Positions 29,445-40,077 of a stretch of 52,436 bases of DNA are shown one piece after another; position 1 is the stretch's first letter; each line of letters opens with the position of its first letter. The stretch is taken from the NCBI GenBank assembly GCA_949283725.1, contig CASDUD010000162.1, positions 1 to 52,436 on the forward strand, in the 5' to 3' direction. Made by a program: the position numbers and the translations under genes. This stretch comes from an uncultured Ruminococcus sp. Its GTDB lineage: Bacteria; Bacillota; Clostridia; Oscillospirales; Ruminococcaceae. A model generated the notes under the pieces. That model saw only the letters and a list, made by a program, of their open reading frames with translations. It searched no databases and was not told the origin of the DNA.

Positions 29445-30357
29445 ACGATTCGCCCTCCTGCATCCCATCGATATGGAACGTATAGCCCAGCGTCTCCATC
29501 TCATAAGTAAAGACTTCTTCCAGCGACAGCGGCAGCACATCCAATAACAGCGGATGCATCGCCTGCAATTGCTGGACAATTTCCGCTCGCTCGCCGCTGA
29601 CGATCATATTCGCCACACTGCCGCTTTTCTCAAAGTGCGAGATGGCAATGCCCTCAAACTTCGACTGGTCATAGTCCTCCGAAAAGGCAATCTGCACCTT
29701 GAACTGGGACGTGCGCAGGTTTTCAATATCACTCTCCAGCACCAGACCACCCTTGTGGAGCAGTGCCAGCTGGTCACAGATATCCTCGAGTTCCCGGAGC
29801 GAGTGGGAGGTAATAATCGCCGAAGTCCCCCGTTCCAGCACCTCATCGCAGATCAGTTTTTTCACAAAGCTGCGCATCACCGGATCCAACCCGTCGAATG
29901 TCTCATCAAAGAAGAGATATTTCGGGTGGCACGCCAGCGCCAGAATGGTGGCCGCCTGCCGCCGCATCCCTTTCGAAAACTGGCTGAGCGATTTTTTCCG
30001 GGGCAATTGCAGTTTGTCACACAGCGTCTCAAAATGCGCCGCATCAAACCGTGGATAGAGGTTTTGATAAATTTTCACCATCCGGTTCAAATTCGCACCC
30101 GTTGGAAAATAGAGCTCATCCGGTACAAAGGCGATCTTCGCCTTGACAGCGGGATTTTCCCACACCGGCGCCCCATCAATCTGCACCGTGCCGCCATCCG
30201 CCTGGTAGATGCCCGCCAGCACCCGCAGGAACGTAGACTTCCCGGCACCATTCGAACCGACCATACCATAGATACAGCCTGCCCCAATCTGGCAGGTGAC
30301 CTTTTCCAGGGCGGTGAATTCTGCAAAATGCTTTGTCAGCTGTGTCACTTCAATCAT
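29437..30357 (-). CDS. ABC transporter ATP-binding protein (YtrB-like)
   Basis: Walker A GSNGAGKST, FSKGMRR signature, FFDETFDGLDP, TSH. Confidence 0.93.
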   Translation of the reverse strand: MIEVTQLTKHFAEFTALEKVTCQIGAGCIYGMVGSNGAGKSTFLRVLAGIYQADGGTVQIDGAPVWENPAVKAKIAFVPDELYFPTGANLNRMVKIYQNLYPRFDAAHFETLCDKLQLPRKKSLSQFSKGMRRQAATILALACHPKYLFFDETFDGLDPVMRSFVKKLICDEVLERGTSAIITSHSLRELEDICDQLALLHKGGLVLESDIENLRTSQFKVQIAFSEDYDQSKFEGIAISHFEKSGSVANMIVSGERAEIVQQLQAMHPLLLDVLPLSLEEVFTYEMETLGYTFHIDGMQEGESYA

Positions 30358-30743
30358 TGCTGTTTTCCCTCCTTTTCCGCCGCAGCCAGTGCCGCCTGGA
30401 TGCAGCCTTCGATTTCCGCCCGACTGATGCCCGCCAGCACCAACTCGGTGATAAGTGCCTGTAAATCCTGCATTTTCTTCCGTCCTTTCTCCCGCAGCTT
30501 TTCCTTGGCGTCGGCGCAGACAAAGTAGCCCTTCCCGGGCACCGCCTGGATCAGTCCCCGGGCGTCCAGCTCCGTATAGGCCTTTAATGTCGTCCGTGGA
30601 TTCATCGAGTTCTGAACCGAGACTTGACGCACCGAGGGAATCTGACTGCCCGGTGTCAGCACATCCATAGAAATAAATCGCTCGACCTGTTCCATCAGTT
30701 GTTCATACACCGGCACCCGTGACATAGGGTCAATCTGAAACAT
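30354..30743 (-). CDS. GntR-family regulator, YtrA subfamily
   Basis: MFQIDPMSRVPVYEQL, IPSVRQ, AYTEL...GKGYFV. About 129 aa with a short C-domain. ATGA overlap with the ATPase gene. Confidence 0.92.
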   Translation of the reverse strand: MFQIDPMSRVPVYEQLMEQVERFISMDVLTPGSQIPSVRQVSVQNSMNPRTTLKAYTELDARGLIQAVPGKGYFVCADAKEKLREKGRKKMQDLQALITELVLAGISRAEIEGCIQAALAAAEKEGKQQ

Positions 30744-30868
30744 GGCAGACCTCCTTTTTTGATGATAGAACCTGTTGCCATAAGCGCAGGTTCTTTTGCA
30801 ATGTTTCTCTGGAAAAAGAAGCGGCAGTGGCAGAGAAGTCCCTATGGATCGCATGATTCAACCGCTTC

Positions 30869-30926
30869 ATGTGTTGCATTCGTTATACAACACATACAGT
30901 ATAACACACTATCTCCTGTTTGTCAA
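30869..30926 (-). promoter_or_regulatory. SigmaA promoter with candidate YtrA operator
   Basis: TTGACA-17-TATACT (30898-30926). Inverted repeat ATGTGTTGcA-N7-TaCAACACAT (30869-30895) covers the start site. Confidence 0.7.
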
Positions 30927-31015
30927 GGGGCATTTACAAATTTTTTTCAAAAATCTGCAAGAACAGCAAAGCATCTGCATAAGATAACCACAGAAACGGA
31001 GGGAGGCAAACGATT

Positions 31016-32848
31016 ATGTGTGGTATCACAGGTATGGTACACTTTGAACAAGATTTGCGACAGCAGGAACCGCTTTTGCGAAAGATGCAGGCCGTTTTAC
31101 AACGGCGGGGGCCGGACCAGGAGGGCATCTTCCTCTCGGAACATTGCGCCTTTGCGCACACACGGCTGGCGGTCATCGACCCCGAAAAAGGACAGCAGCC
31201 CATGGAAGTGACGGCAGGCGGAGAGACATACACCATCGTCTATAACGGAGAGCTGTACAACACGCCGGAACTACGCCGGCAGCTGGAACAGGCCGGCACG
31301 GTTTTTCAAACCCACTGTGACACAGAAGTGCTCCTGCAATCCTATGTCCACTGGGGGCCGAAGTGCGTAGAACAGTGCAACGGGATCTTCGCCTTTGCCA
31401 TCTGGGAACATCGAGCCAAGCGGCTGTTTCTGGCGCGAGACAGAATCGGCGTAAAGCCCCTGTTTTATGCGGAGATCCCGGGCGGGCTGGTATTCGGCTC
31501 CGAAATAAAAGCACTGCTCCAGCACCCAGCGGTGCCGCACGAGATTGATGAAACAGGTGTAGCAGAACTGTTGCTATTGGGGCCGGGGCGCACGCCGGGC
31601 TTTGGCGTATTTCGCACGGTGCGGGAAGTCAAGCCGGCGCACAGCGGCTATTTTATGCAGGGCACGCTGCGGCTGGCACCATACTGGGCGCTGCACGCCG
31701 CCAAGCACCGCGCCTCTTTCGAGGAGACTGCGGCACATGTGCGAGAACTGGTGACGGATGCGGTACAGCGCCAGCTGGTTTCCGATGTACCGCTGGGGAC
31801 GTTCCTATCCGGCGGACTGGATTCGAGTCTATTGTCCTCGCTTGCGAGCGAGGCGATGGCGCGTACAGGCAAGCCGCTGCACACTTTTTCGGTGGACTAT
31901 CGGGACAACGAGCGATACTTCCAAAAGAGCCACTTCCAGCCCACCAGCGACCCGGTATATATTCGCTGCATGGAGCGATATCTGGGGAGTATGCATCACT
32001 GGACGGTACTGGACACCCCAGCATTGGCGGCAGCGTTATACGAGGCGGTATCCGCACGGGATCTACCGGGCATGGTGGATGTAGACAGTTCTCTGCTGCT
32101 GTTCTGCCGGGAGATCCGGAAGGAAGTGACGGTGGCGCTCTCCGGCGAATGCGCCGACGAGCTGTTCGGCGGCTATCCCTGGTACCGGGATCCGGAGGTA
32201 CGACAAGTAAACGGATTCCCCTGGGCACAGAGCACCGCCTATCGGGCACAATTTCTCCAGCCTGCCTTTTTGCAGAAGATCGACCCGCAGGGGTATGTAC
32301 AGTCTGCCTATGAAAAGACCATCGCCTCGGCGGAAAAGCTGCCGGGCGAGTCGCCGCTGGAATCCCGGATGCGAGAGATGATGAAACTGAATCTGGACTG
32401 GTTCATGCAGACACTCCTCGACCGAAAAGACCGCATGAGTATGTACAGCGGACTGGAAGTGCGGGTGCCTTTCTGCGACTACCGCATTGCCGAATACCTG
32501 TACAATGTCCCATGGGACTATAAGGACTGGAACGGCTATGAGAAGGGACTGCTGCGCACAGCGATGCAAAACTATCTGCCGCCGGAGGTACTCTGGCGCA
32601 AAAAAAGCCCGTATCCCAAGACGCATCACCCCGACTATCTCCGCACCGTTGCCCAGATGCTTACCGAGGTGGCAGAAGATCCCGGAGCGCCGCTGTTCCA
32701 GCTGGTGCGGCATGACATGGTAGAACACCTGCTCACAGACGAGACATCCGTACAGTGGTACGGCCAGTTGATGACGCGCCCCCAGATCATGGCATACCTG
32801 CTCCAACTCAACGACTGGCTGACACGATATGAGGTGCAAATCGTATAG
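31016..32848 (+). CDS. asnB: Asparagine synthase (glutamine-hydrolysing), AsnO/AsnB-like
   Basis: MCGITG, RRGPD, YNGELYN, LSGGLDSS, ALSGECADELFGGY, LEVRVPF. Confidence 0.93.
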   Translation: MCGITGMVHFEQDLRQQEPLLRKMQAVLQRRGPDQEGIFLSEHCAFAHTRLAVIDPEKGQQPMEVTAGGETYTIVYNGELYNTPELRRQLEQAGTVFQTHCDTEVLLQSYVHWGPKCVEQCNGIFAFAIWEHRAKRLFLARDRIGVKPLFYAEIPGGLVFGSEIKALLQHPAVPHEIDETGVAELLLLGPGRTPGFGVFRTVREVKPAHSGYFMQGTLRLAPYWALHAAKHRASFEETAAHVRELVTDAVQRQLVSDVPLGTFLSGGLDSSLLSSLASEAMARTGKPLHTFSVDYRDNERYFQKSHFQPTSDPVYIRCMERYLGSMHHWTVLDTPALAAALYEAVSARDLPGMVDVDSSLLLFCREIRKEVTVALSGECADELFGGYPWYRDPEVRQVNGFPWAQSTAYRAQFLQPAFLQKIDPQGYVQSAYEKTIASAEKLPGESPLESRMREMMKLNLDWFMQTLLDRKDRMSMYSGLEVRVPFCDYRIAEYLYNVPWDYKDWNGYEKGLLRTAMQNYLPPEVLWRKKSPYPKTHHPDYLRTVAQMLTEVAEDPGAPLFQLVRHDMVEHLLTDETSVQWYGQLMTRPQIMAYLLQLNDWLTRYEVQIV

Positions 32849-32854
32849 CTAGGG

Positions 32855-32951
32855 GAACCCTGCGCAAAGCCGTCAGGCACTCTTTGTGCGGTGTTGCCCT
32901 AGGGGAACACATAAAGGCAACACGATACAAAGCCATCCGGTGCGCTTTATA
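32855..32951. repeat. Two adjacent family-A copies between convergent asnB and ftsH
   Basis: CAAAGCCGTCAGGCACTCTTTGTGCGGTGTTGCC, then the hairpin GGCAACACGATACAAAGC...GCTTTATATTGTGTTGCC. Confidence 0.8.
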
Positions 32952-33055
32952 TTGTGTTGCCTTTTAACAAAGACCGGCCGCCGTATATGCGTCTGTTACG
33001 GCAGCCGGTCTCATTCTATGCTGTTTTTATCCTTCCGCGCAGCACTGCATCCCAA

Positions 33056-34900
33056 TCATGCGGGTGCATCGTTGGAAGTAATCATCGGACGATTCAGAAT
33101 CTGCATAAACTCCTCGCCGGTAATCGTCTCGTGTTCGTAGAGATATTTGGCGATTTCGTGCAGCTTGCCCGTGTGCGCCTCCAAGATCTGCATGGCGCGG
33201 GCATACTGCGTTTGAATGATTTCCGATACTTTCTTATCGATTCGTGTCTGCGTCTCCATGGAGCAAGCCAGGCTGGCATCGCCGCCGAGATACTGACCCT
33301 GCACCGTCTCCATCGCCACCATGCCGAACTCCTCGCTCATCCCAAAACGGCTGACCATCGCGCGAGCCAGCTTCGTGGCCTGCTCGATATCATTCGAAGC
33401 ACCCGTGGTGACGTCGTGGAACACCAGCTCTTCCGCAGCTCTTCCGCCGGTGAGTGTGGCGATCTTATTCTCCAGTTCCGTCTTTGTCATCAGGAAGTGC
33501 TCGCCCTCTTCCACCTGCATGGTATAGCCGAGCGCACCGGACGTGCGGGGAATGATGGTAATCTTCTGCACAGGCGCGGACTGGGACTGCATCGCTGCCA
33601 CAAGGGCGTGTCCCACCTCATGATAGGAGACCGTCAGCTTTTCCTTGTTCGAAAGTACCCGATTTTTCTTCTGGTACCCTGCGATGACCACTTCCACGCT
33701 CTCCATCAGATCCTCTTGTGTGGCACAGGTTCTGCCCAGCCGCACGGCACGCAGCGCCGCCTCATTGATGATGTTCGCAAGTTCTGCCCCAGAGGCACCA
33801 GCAGCGGCACGGGCAATGGCAGAGAAATCCACATTTCCGGAGAGTTTGATCTTCTTGGCGTGCACTTTTAGGATGTCAATTCTACCCTGTAGGTCGGGCA
33901 GTTCCACCGGGATACGGCGGTCAAACCGACCCGGCCGCAACAGCGCTGGGTCGAGCGATTCCGGCCGGTTGGTTGCCGCCAGAATGACCACGCCCTTAGA
34001 GCCATCGAATCCATCCATTTCCGTCAACAGCTGGTTCAACGTCTGTTCCCGTTCATCGTTGCCACCGAACTGACCGCCATCACGTTTTTTCCCGATGGTG
34101 TCGATCTCATCGATAAAGACGATACACGGCGCCTTTTCGTTGGCCTGTTTGAACAGGTCGCGCACTTTTGCCGCACCCATGCCCACGAACATCTCCACAA
34201 ACTCCGAACCGGAGATGGAGAAAAACGGCACATTCGCCTCGCCAGCCACCGCCTTTGCCAAGAGCGTCTTACCGGTGCCGGGGGGACCCACCAGCAAGGC
34301 ACCTTTTGGCATCGAGGCACCAATCTCCTTATAGCGGTCTGGACGATGGAGGAAATCGACAATTTCTTCCAGCAGTTCCTTGGCTTCCTCTTCGCCTGCC
34401 ACATCCTGAAACTTAATGCCCGTTGTGGACTTGACATAGACCTTGGCGTTACTCTTTCCCATGCCAAACATCATGCTGCCGCCGTCGCCGCCCATGCGCT
34501 GGGTCATCTTCTTATTAAAGAAGTGGAACACCAAGAATATCAAGGCGATCGGCAAAACATAACTGATCAGAATGTACAACAGCGGATTGGTACCAGTCTC
34601 AATTTCTGACTGGAACTTTGCACCAGAGTTGTCCAACCGTTCGATCAGATCCGGGTCGTTCAATGCACCGGTGCAGTATACCCGTCCCGCTTGATCGGTG
34701 AATGTAATCTGGTTGGATTCAATCTGCACTTCGCTGATTTCCTGTTCTTCTGCCATCTGAATGAACTGGTCATAGCTGACCTCCTCCACGCGACTGCTGA
34801 ACAGATTGGGAAAGACGAATGCCTGTAACACCAAAAAGAGGCACAAGGCAATAATCCAATAGGATATCAAGGGTTTTTTCGGCTTTTTTCTTTCTTCCAT
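33056..34900 (-). CDS. ftsH: ATP-dependent zinc metalloprotease FtsH, second paralogue
   Basis: Two TM helices, [33 protein letters not shown] Zn motif, TGASND. Confidence 0.95.
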   Translation of the reverse strand: MEERKKPKKPLISYWIIALCLFLVLQAFVFPNLFSSRVEEVSYDQFIQMAEEQEISEVQIESNQITFTDQAGRVYCTGALNDPDLIERLDNSGAKFQSEIETGTNPLLYILISYVLPIALIFLVFHFFNKKMTQRMGGDGGSMMFGMGKSNAKVYVKSTTGIKFQDVAGEEEAKELLEEIVDFLHRPDRYKEIGASMPKGALLVGPPGTGKTLLAKAVAGEANVPFFSISGSEFVEMFVGMGAAKVRDLFKQANEKAPCIVFIDEIDTIGKKRDGGQFGGNDEREQTLNQLLTEMDGFDGSKGVVILAATNRPESLDPALLRPGRFDRRIPVELPDLQGRIDILKVHAKKIKLSGNVDFSAIARAAAGASGAELANIINEAALRAVRLGRTCATQEDLMESVEVVIAGYQKKNRVLSNKEKLTVSYHEVGHALVAAMQSQSAPVQKITIIPRTSGALGYTMQVEEGEHFLMTKTELENKIATLTGGRAAEELVFHDVTTGASNDIEQATKLARAMVSRFGMSEEFGMVAMETVQGQYLGGDASLACSMETQTRIDKKVSEIIQTQYARAMQILEAHTGKLHEIAKYLYEHETITGEEFMQILNRPMITSNDAPA

Positions 34901-35120
34901 CGGCGTTCTCCTTTCCTAAGCGCCTGTTTCATACCCAGCGCATGTTGCCTCAAGGATTCCCTATGGGCAAAAGTATACCATATGTTTTTGTCAGACATAC
35001 GCATTTCAGATGAAAATTTGGTGATAATACGTCCTTTATGTCCGCTGTTTTTGCACAGCCTATCCGCACGCAAACGCCGCTTGCTGCACACCAGTCCCCC
35101 ACGCTATAGGCGCATCTGTT

Positions 35121-35160
35121 TCAGAACCTGTCTTTACAAGGGACAGCAGACAGGTGCTCA
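35121..35160. repeat. Short family-B-type element, TCA...TCA flanks
   Basis: TCA-GAACCTGTCT...AGACAGGTGC-TCA. The right TCA is the luxS stop (TGA). Confidence 0.7.
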
Positions 35161-35652
35161 GACAGCGTCTATTCCGGTCAGCACCTGTGCAGGATAGTTC
35201 AGCTGTGGCGCTGTCCAGTTCGCCAGCACCGGCTGCATTTCTGCCGCAAGCTGCTTTGCGCCAGCCAAATCATGCGCCCGATAGTTGCCGCACGCCTGGC
35301 GGGTACCGCCGGGGATTTCCCCGGAAAAGTCTCGGATGAACTGCAATGTCTCCTGTACGAGCCGGATGGCATCCGCCCCGGAGATCGAATCGCGGGTCAA
35401 AAAGTAAAAGCCTGTACGGCATCCCATCGGCCCCACATACACCACACCCGCCGAAAGCGGCGTATTGCGCACATAGGTGGCAAAGAGATGCTCAAAGGTA
35501 TGCAATGCCTTGTCCTCTAAATAGTCATTCTCTGGATTGTTCGGAGTTTTCATCCGGATGTCATAGGTCACCACATCGCCGTCTACCCGAGAGATATACA
35601 TCCCCGGCTGTAAAAAATCATGATTGATGGTAAAGCTCTGAATCTGTTGCAT
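35158..35652 (-). CDS. luxS: S-ribosylhomocysteine lyase (AI-2 synthase)
   Basis: SFTINH, LHTFEHL, GPMGCRTGFY, CGNY. Promoter TTGACA-18-TATAAT at 35744-35773. Confidence 0.95.
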   Translation of the reverse strand: MQQIQSFTINHDFLQPGMYISRVDGDVVTYDIRMKTPNNPENDYLEDKALHTFEHLFATYVRNTPLSAGVVYVGPMGCRTGFYFLTRDSISGADAIRLVQETLQFIRDFSGEIPGGTRQACGNYRAHDLAGAKQLAAEMQPVLANWTAPQLNYPAQVLTGIDAV

Positions 35653-35829
35653 GATACACGCCTCTTTCGAAAAATTTCAGGCAACACCGCACAAAAGTCA
35701 CCCACCCGCTTGACACGGTGCTGCCGCAATATGCATATGCCCTATTATACCAAACTTCTGCCCGTGTTGTCAACTCTCCCAAAATCCCACAAAGCACAAA
35801 GAAGCGAAACCGTTCCCACCAATCCCGGT

Positions 35830-35880
35830 GAAAACAAAAACAGAGGTCAGAGACGGGGGATTCCCGACGTCCCTGACCTC
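35830..35880 (-). terminator. Terminator after the primary ftsH
   Basis: GAGGTCAG...CTGACCTCTGTTTTTGTTTT on the minus strand. Confidence 0.75.
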
Positions 35881-35995
35881 CTATTGTTATGGCAATACCG
35901 CACAAAGACTGCCTAGCGACTTTGTACCCCAAGGGCACTTCCTTCGGGCGTACGCCATCTGCGCATTGGATGGCGCGTTTTATACAAGCAGGTTC

Positions 35996-37954
35996 TTATA
36001 CAGATGGCGTTTCTGTTTCATCCCCCGCATCTGTCTCACCGGTCTGCGCTATCTGCGCCGTCTCGGACGCTTCTGCATCTGCCGCCGAAAGCGTCGTCTC
36101 TTCCGAGGGGACTTCCCACATCGACGCATCCATCTCGCCTGCCATCAGCTTCTCAAAGTCTTCGCGCTCGATCTTCTCATGGATGATCAGATACTTTGCC
36201 AGCCTTTCCAACTGATCCATATGCTGCTGCAAAATATCCGTGGCCTTGTCATAAGCCGCCTCGATGATATGGCGCACCTCGTCATCGATCTCCCCGGCAA
36301 CCCGGTCGGAATAGTCTCGGGTAGAACCGAGATCTTTTCCCAAAAAGATTTCGTTCTGGTCGTTGCCATAGACCACCGGCCCCATTTTTTCGCTGAAACC
36401 ATAGCGGGTCACCATACTGCGTGCCGTCTTTGTCGCCCGTTCCAGGTCGTTCGAAGCCCCGGTCGAAATATCGTCCAGCACCAGCTGTTCCGCCACACGA
36501 CCGCCGAGCAGCGTGATAATATTCTCCTCCATCTCCTTTTTAGAGACAAAGCTCTTATCCTGTTCTGGCAGCGACATCGTATAGCCGCCCGCCATCCCAC
36601 GGGGGATGATGGACACCTGATGCACTTTATCCTGATGATCGCAGTAGTACGTACACACGGCGTGCCCTGCCTCGTGGAAGGCAGTGAGACGCTTTTCCTT
36701 CTCCGTCACCTTGTGCGATCGTTTCTCCGGTCCCGCAATCACCTTGATGGTGGCCTCTTGAATCTCCTCCATCGTAATCGCCTTTTTGTTTTTCCGGGCA
36801 GCCAGCAGGCACGCTTCATTCACGAGGTTCTCCAGATCCGCCCCCGTAAAGCCCACCGTCGAACGGGCAATGGTGTCCAAATTCACATCCGCCGCAACGC
36901 TCTTGCTCTGCGTGTGCACCTGCAAAATGGCCTTTCTCCCCTGCACATCGGGATAGCCCACCACGATCTGGCGGTCAAACCGTCCCGGCCGCAAAAGCGC
37001 CGGATCCAGAATATCCCGTCGGTTGGTGGCAGCAATGACAATCACATTGTCCTTGCCCGTAAAGCCGTCCATCTCTACGAGCAGCTGGTTGAGCGTCTGT
37101 TCGCGTTCATCATGGCCGCCGCCGATACCGGTGCCCCGGTGACGTCCTACGGCGTCAATCTCATCAATGAAGATGATGGAAGGCGAATTCTTCTTCGCCT
37201 GGTCGAACAGATCCCGAACACGGGAGGCGCCCACGCCCACGAACATCTCCACAAAATCCGAACCGGAGATGGAGAAGAACGGACAGCCTGCTTCGCCTGC
37301 CACGGCACGTGCCAACAGGGTCTTACCTGTACCGGGCGGCCCCATCAGCAGCACGCCCTTTGGAATACGTGCGCCGAGCTCGGCATATTTCCGTGGATTC
37401 TTTAAGAAATCCACGATTTCTTCCAACTCATGCTTTTCCTCATCGGCACCCGCCACATCGGCAAACGTTGCCTTTCGGGTATTGGCCTGATTCTTGATGT
37501 TGGCTTTGCCAAAGGAAGTATACTTCCCGCCGCCGCCTGCCTGGCGCATCATAAACACAAACAGGCAGATCATCAATACCACCAGAATCAGCGTGGGAAT
37601 CATCGTCAAAAGCCAGCTTGTATCCCGCACCTTATAATAATCCACTTCCAGCGGCTCGGTATGCGTGCGGTTATACTGCGTCCGATAGCTTTCCGTATCG
37701 TCCAGGAAAATCTGCACGTTTGGCACTTCGTACGAGATCTCTTCTCCGTTCTCCAGCACCATTTCCAACGCCCCGGATCCTAAATCCAGGGTGTATGCCG
37801 CTACGGCCTCTTCGTCAAAATACGCGAGGATCTCGGAATATGTCGGCGTGCGCACATTGCCCCGCAGGTTGGGCAGCAAAAATATCAATGCCGCCACCAG
37901 CAGTACCGCAATAATCAAATATGCGCCAATCCCACGACCTTTTTTGGGTGTCAA
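35996..37954 (-). CDS. ftsH: ATP-dependent zinc metalloprotease FtsH (primary copy, tilS-hpt-ftsH synteny)
   Basis: [41 protein letters not shown] start. Confidence 0.96.
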   Translation of the reverse strand: MTPKKGRGIGAYLIIAVLLVAALIFLLPNLRGNVRTPTYSEILAYFDEEAVAAYTLDLGSGALEMVLENGEEISYEVPNVQIFLDDTESYRTQYNRTHTEPLEVDYYKVRDTSWLLTMIPTLILVVLMICLFVFMMRQAGGGGKYTSFGKANIKNQANTRKATFADVAGADEEKHELEEIVDFLKNPRKYAELGARIPKGVLLMGPPGTGKTLLARAVAGEAGCPFFSISGSDFVEMFVGVGASRVRDLFDQAKKNSPSIIFIDEIDAVGRHRGTGIGGGHDEREQTLNQLLVEMDGFTGKDNVIVIAATNRRDILDPALLRPGRFDRQIVVGYPDVQGRKAILQVHTQSKSVAADVNLDTIARSTVGFTGADLENLVNEACLLAARKNKKAITMEEIQEATIKVIAGPEKRSHKVTEKEKRLTAFHEAGHAVCTYYCDHQDKVHQVSIIPRGMAGGYTMSLPEQDKSFVSKKEMEENIITLLGGRVAEQLVLDDISTGASNDLERATKTARSMVTRYGFSEKMGPVVYGNDQNEIFLGKDLGSTRDYSDRVAGEIDDEVRHIIEAAYDKATDILQQHMDQLERLAKYLIIHEKIEREDFEKLMAGEMDASMWEVPSEETTLSAADAEASETAQIAQTGETDAGDETETPSV

Positions 37955-38062
37955 CTCACATTCACTCCATTCCTATTCCATTTAAAGGATTCATATTCGG
38001 GAACCACTGAATCAAAGCGCAAAATGCAGCATCTCTCATTCTCCCTTTGAATCTTTCATTTC

Positions 38063-38114
38063 TAAGCGCCTGTTTCGCACCTTGGCGTGCGGAGAAATGC
38101 GAAACAAACGCTAA
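38063..38114. repeat. Repeat family B, TAA...TAA flanks
   Basis: TAA-GCGCCTGTTTCGCACCTTGGCGTGCGGAGAAATGCGAAACAAACGC-TAA, overlapping the hpt stop. Confidence 0.85.
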
Positions 38115-38686
38115 GGGTTAACACATATGCACTGTTCGCTGTCCTTTTTTTCCGGCGTATATATCCCAATATACGGAAGATTCCGGTATTGCTCCGCATA
38201 ATCCAGTCCATAGCCAACGACAAACACATCGGGGATAGAAAACCCACAACAGGCCATCGGCACCGGATACCGCCGGCGGGCGGGTTTTTCGAGCAATGCG
38301 CACACCGCCAGCGAAGCAGGCTTCTGCGCCTCGAGCGTGGGCAGCACCGCGTGCAGCGTAGTCCCCGTGTCCAGGATATCCTCCACCAACAGCACATGAC
38401 GCCCCGTAATTGCACGGGAAAGCGGCACCAAAAACTGCACCGTCCCCGACGTTTCTGTTCCATCTCCATAACTGGAGACGCGCATAAAATCCATCTCCAG
38501 TGGAATGGTACAGTGGCGGAGCAAGTCGGTGTAGAACACGCAGGCACCTTTCAACACGCAGACCATAAGGGGATTTTTCCCGGCGTATGCCGTCGAAAGA
38601 ACTACCCCCATTTCTGCCACTCGCTTTTGAATCTGCTGTTGGGTGTACAGCACCTGTGTCACATGGGCATCCCATTTTTCTCCCAT
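38111..38686 (-). CDS. hpt: Hypoxanthine phosphoribosyltransferase
   Basis: CVLKGA, VSSYG, VLLVEDILDTGTT (PRPP motif), FVVGYGLDY. Confidence 0.95.
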   Translation of the reverse strand: MGEKWDAHVTQVLYTQQQIQKRVAEMGVVLSTAYAGKNPLMVCVLKGACVFYTDLLRHCTIPLEMDFMRVSSYGDGTETSGTVQFLVPLSRAITGRHVLLVEDILDTGTTLHAVLPTLEAQKPASLAVCALLEKPARRRYPVPMACCGFSIPDVFVVGYGLDYAEQYRNLPYIGIYTPEKKDSEQCICVNP

Positions 38687-40077
38687 GGTTCGGACTCCTT
38701 TTCCTTTTCTGCATCCGCATACACACGCAGCATCAGCATATGCGTCGTCCCCTCGTCGGGAGCAACACGCTGTGCCACGCCTGCACCTTCTACATAGAAA
38801 ATCCCTTCTGCATCTTCTGCCAGATGGGCTGTCTTGCGGCGATCGGGCGGCAGCTTTTCCTGCACCACTTTTTTCACTACCGAAGTACAGTTTCTGCCTG
38901 CCAGCCGCACCCGATCCCCCGGTCTCTTGCCCCGCAGAAAGATGGCTCCTTTTATTTTATCACAATCCACACAGCAATTTGCAAATTTTTCATGAACATT
39001 TACAATTTTCTGTGCCGTTTCCCGCGAAAAGTCGGTGGCTTCGAGAAAAAAACCTGGGAACAGCACATTTTTCCCCAGTTTCAGCCGTACCTTTTCCGCC
39101 ACAGGCGCAGGTGATTTCATCATCGGCTGGATTTTCAGATTGCCGCTCTGCCACACGGCATACGACCCGCCCGGAAGCTGCCACCGTCCGCCGGACGTGC
39201 GCAGCCGTTCCAGCTGTTCCAAAAGCCGGGCTTCGACAGAGACATGGGCTTCTTCCAAAAGCCGTGCCATACAACGCATCCGAAGCGCCGGTGCCAGCCG
39301 ATCCAGCCCTGTGAGCGTATGGGAGGCTGTGTGGCACGCCGCATACGCCTGGTCAGTCTGTGTCTCCAGAAACGCCGCATCCCGACACAGGCTGCGAATC
39401 AGACCGCCCGCTGTGCGTTCGATGGCAGGATTGAGTGCCCGCAGCACTGGCACCAGCTGATGGCGGATCCGATTGCGGGTATAGATGTCGGCGGCATTGG
39501 TGCTGTCCTCGACATAGGGCTGCGCCAGCTGCGAAAGGCAATCCTCCACCTGCTGCCGGGTGATATCGAGCATCGGGCGCACATAGCGACCATTGACAGG
39601 CGGAATCGCCGTCAGCCCGTGGAGCGAGGCGCCCCGCACCAGCCGATGGAGGAATGTTTCCAAGTTGTCGGAGGCGGTATGTGCAGTGGCGACCCACTGC
39701 GCCGGGACGGCATCCAATGCCGCATAGCGGCAGTTTCGCGCCGCCAGTTCCTCTGAACAGCGATGGGCAGCGGCATAGGCACGCACATCCACATCCACGA
39801 CCGTCAGCGGCACCGCCCAGGTCTCGCAGAGTTGGCGGCAAAACGCAGCATCCCGATCACTCTCCTCGCCCCGGAGGTGGTGATTGATATGCGCCGCTGT
39901 CACCGAAATGCCCAGCGTCTCTCGACAAAAGAGCAGACAGCGCAGCAAAAAGACACTGTCTGCTCCACCGGAGAGCGCCGCACAGACCGTATCGCCCGCC
40001 TGCACCGCGGTCAAGGTTGCCAATTGATGGGCAACCTGGCGAAAAACCGCCCGCGTGCCCACGTTCTCATCCCTCAT
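38659..40077 (-). CDS. tilS: tRNA(Ile)-lysidine synthetase
   Basis: ALSGGADS PP-loop, HINHHLR, AHTASDNLET, YTRNRIRH. Confidence 0.94.
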   Translation of the reverse strand: MRDENVGTRAVFRQVAHQLATLTAVQAGDTVCAALSGGADSVFLLRCLLFCRETLGISVTAAHINHHLRGEESDRDAAFCRQLCETWAVPLTVVDVDVRAYAAAHRCSEELAARNCRYAALDAVPAQWVATAHTASDNLETFLHRLVRGASLHGLTAIPPVNGRYVRPMLDITRQQVEDCLSQLAQPYVEDSTNAADIYTRNRIRHQLVPVLRALNPAIERTAGGLIRSLCRDAAFLETQTDQAYAACHTASHTLTGLDRLAPALRMRCMARLLEEAHVSVEARLLEQLERLRTSGGRWQLPGGSYAVWQSGNLKIQPMMKSPAPVAEKVRLKLGKNVLFPGFFLEATDFSRETAQKIVNVHEKFANCCVDCDKIKGAIFLRGKRPGDRVRLAGRNCTSVVKKVVQEKLPPDRRKTAHLAEDAEGIFYVEGAGVAQRVAPDEGTTHMLMLRVYADAEKEKESEPWEKNGMPM

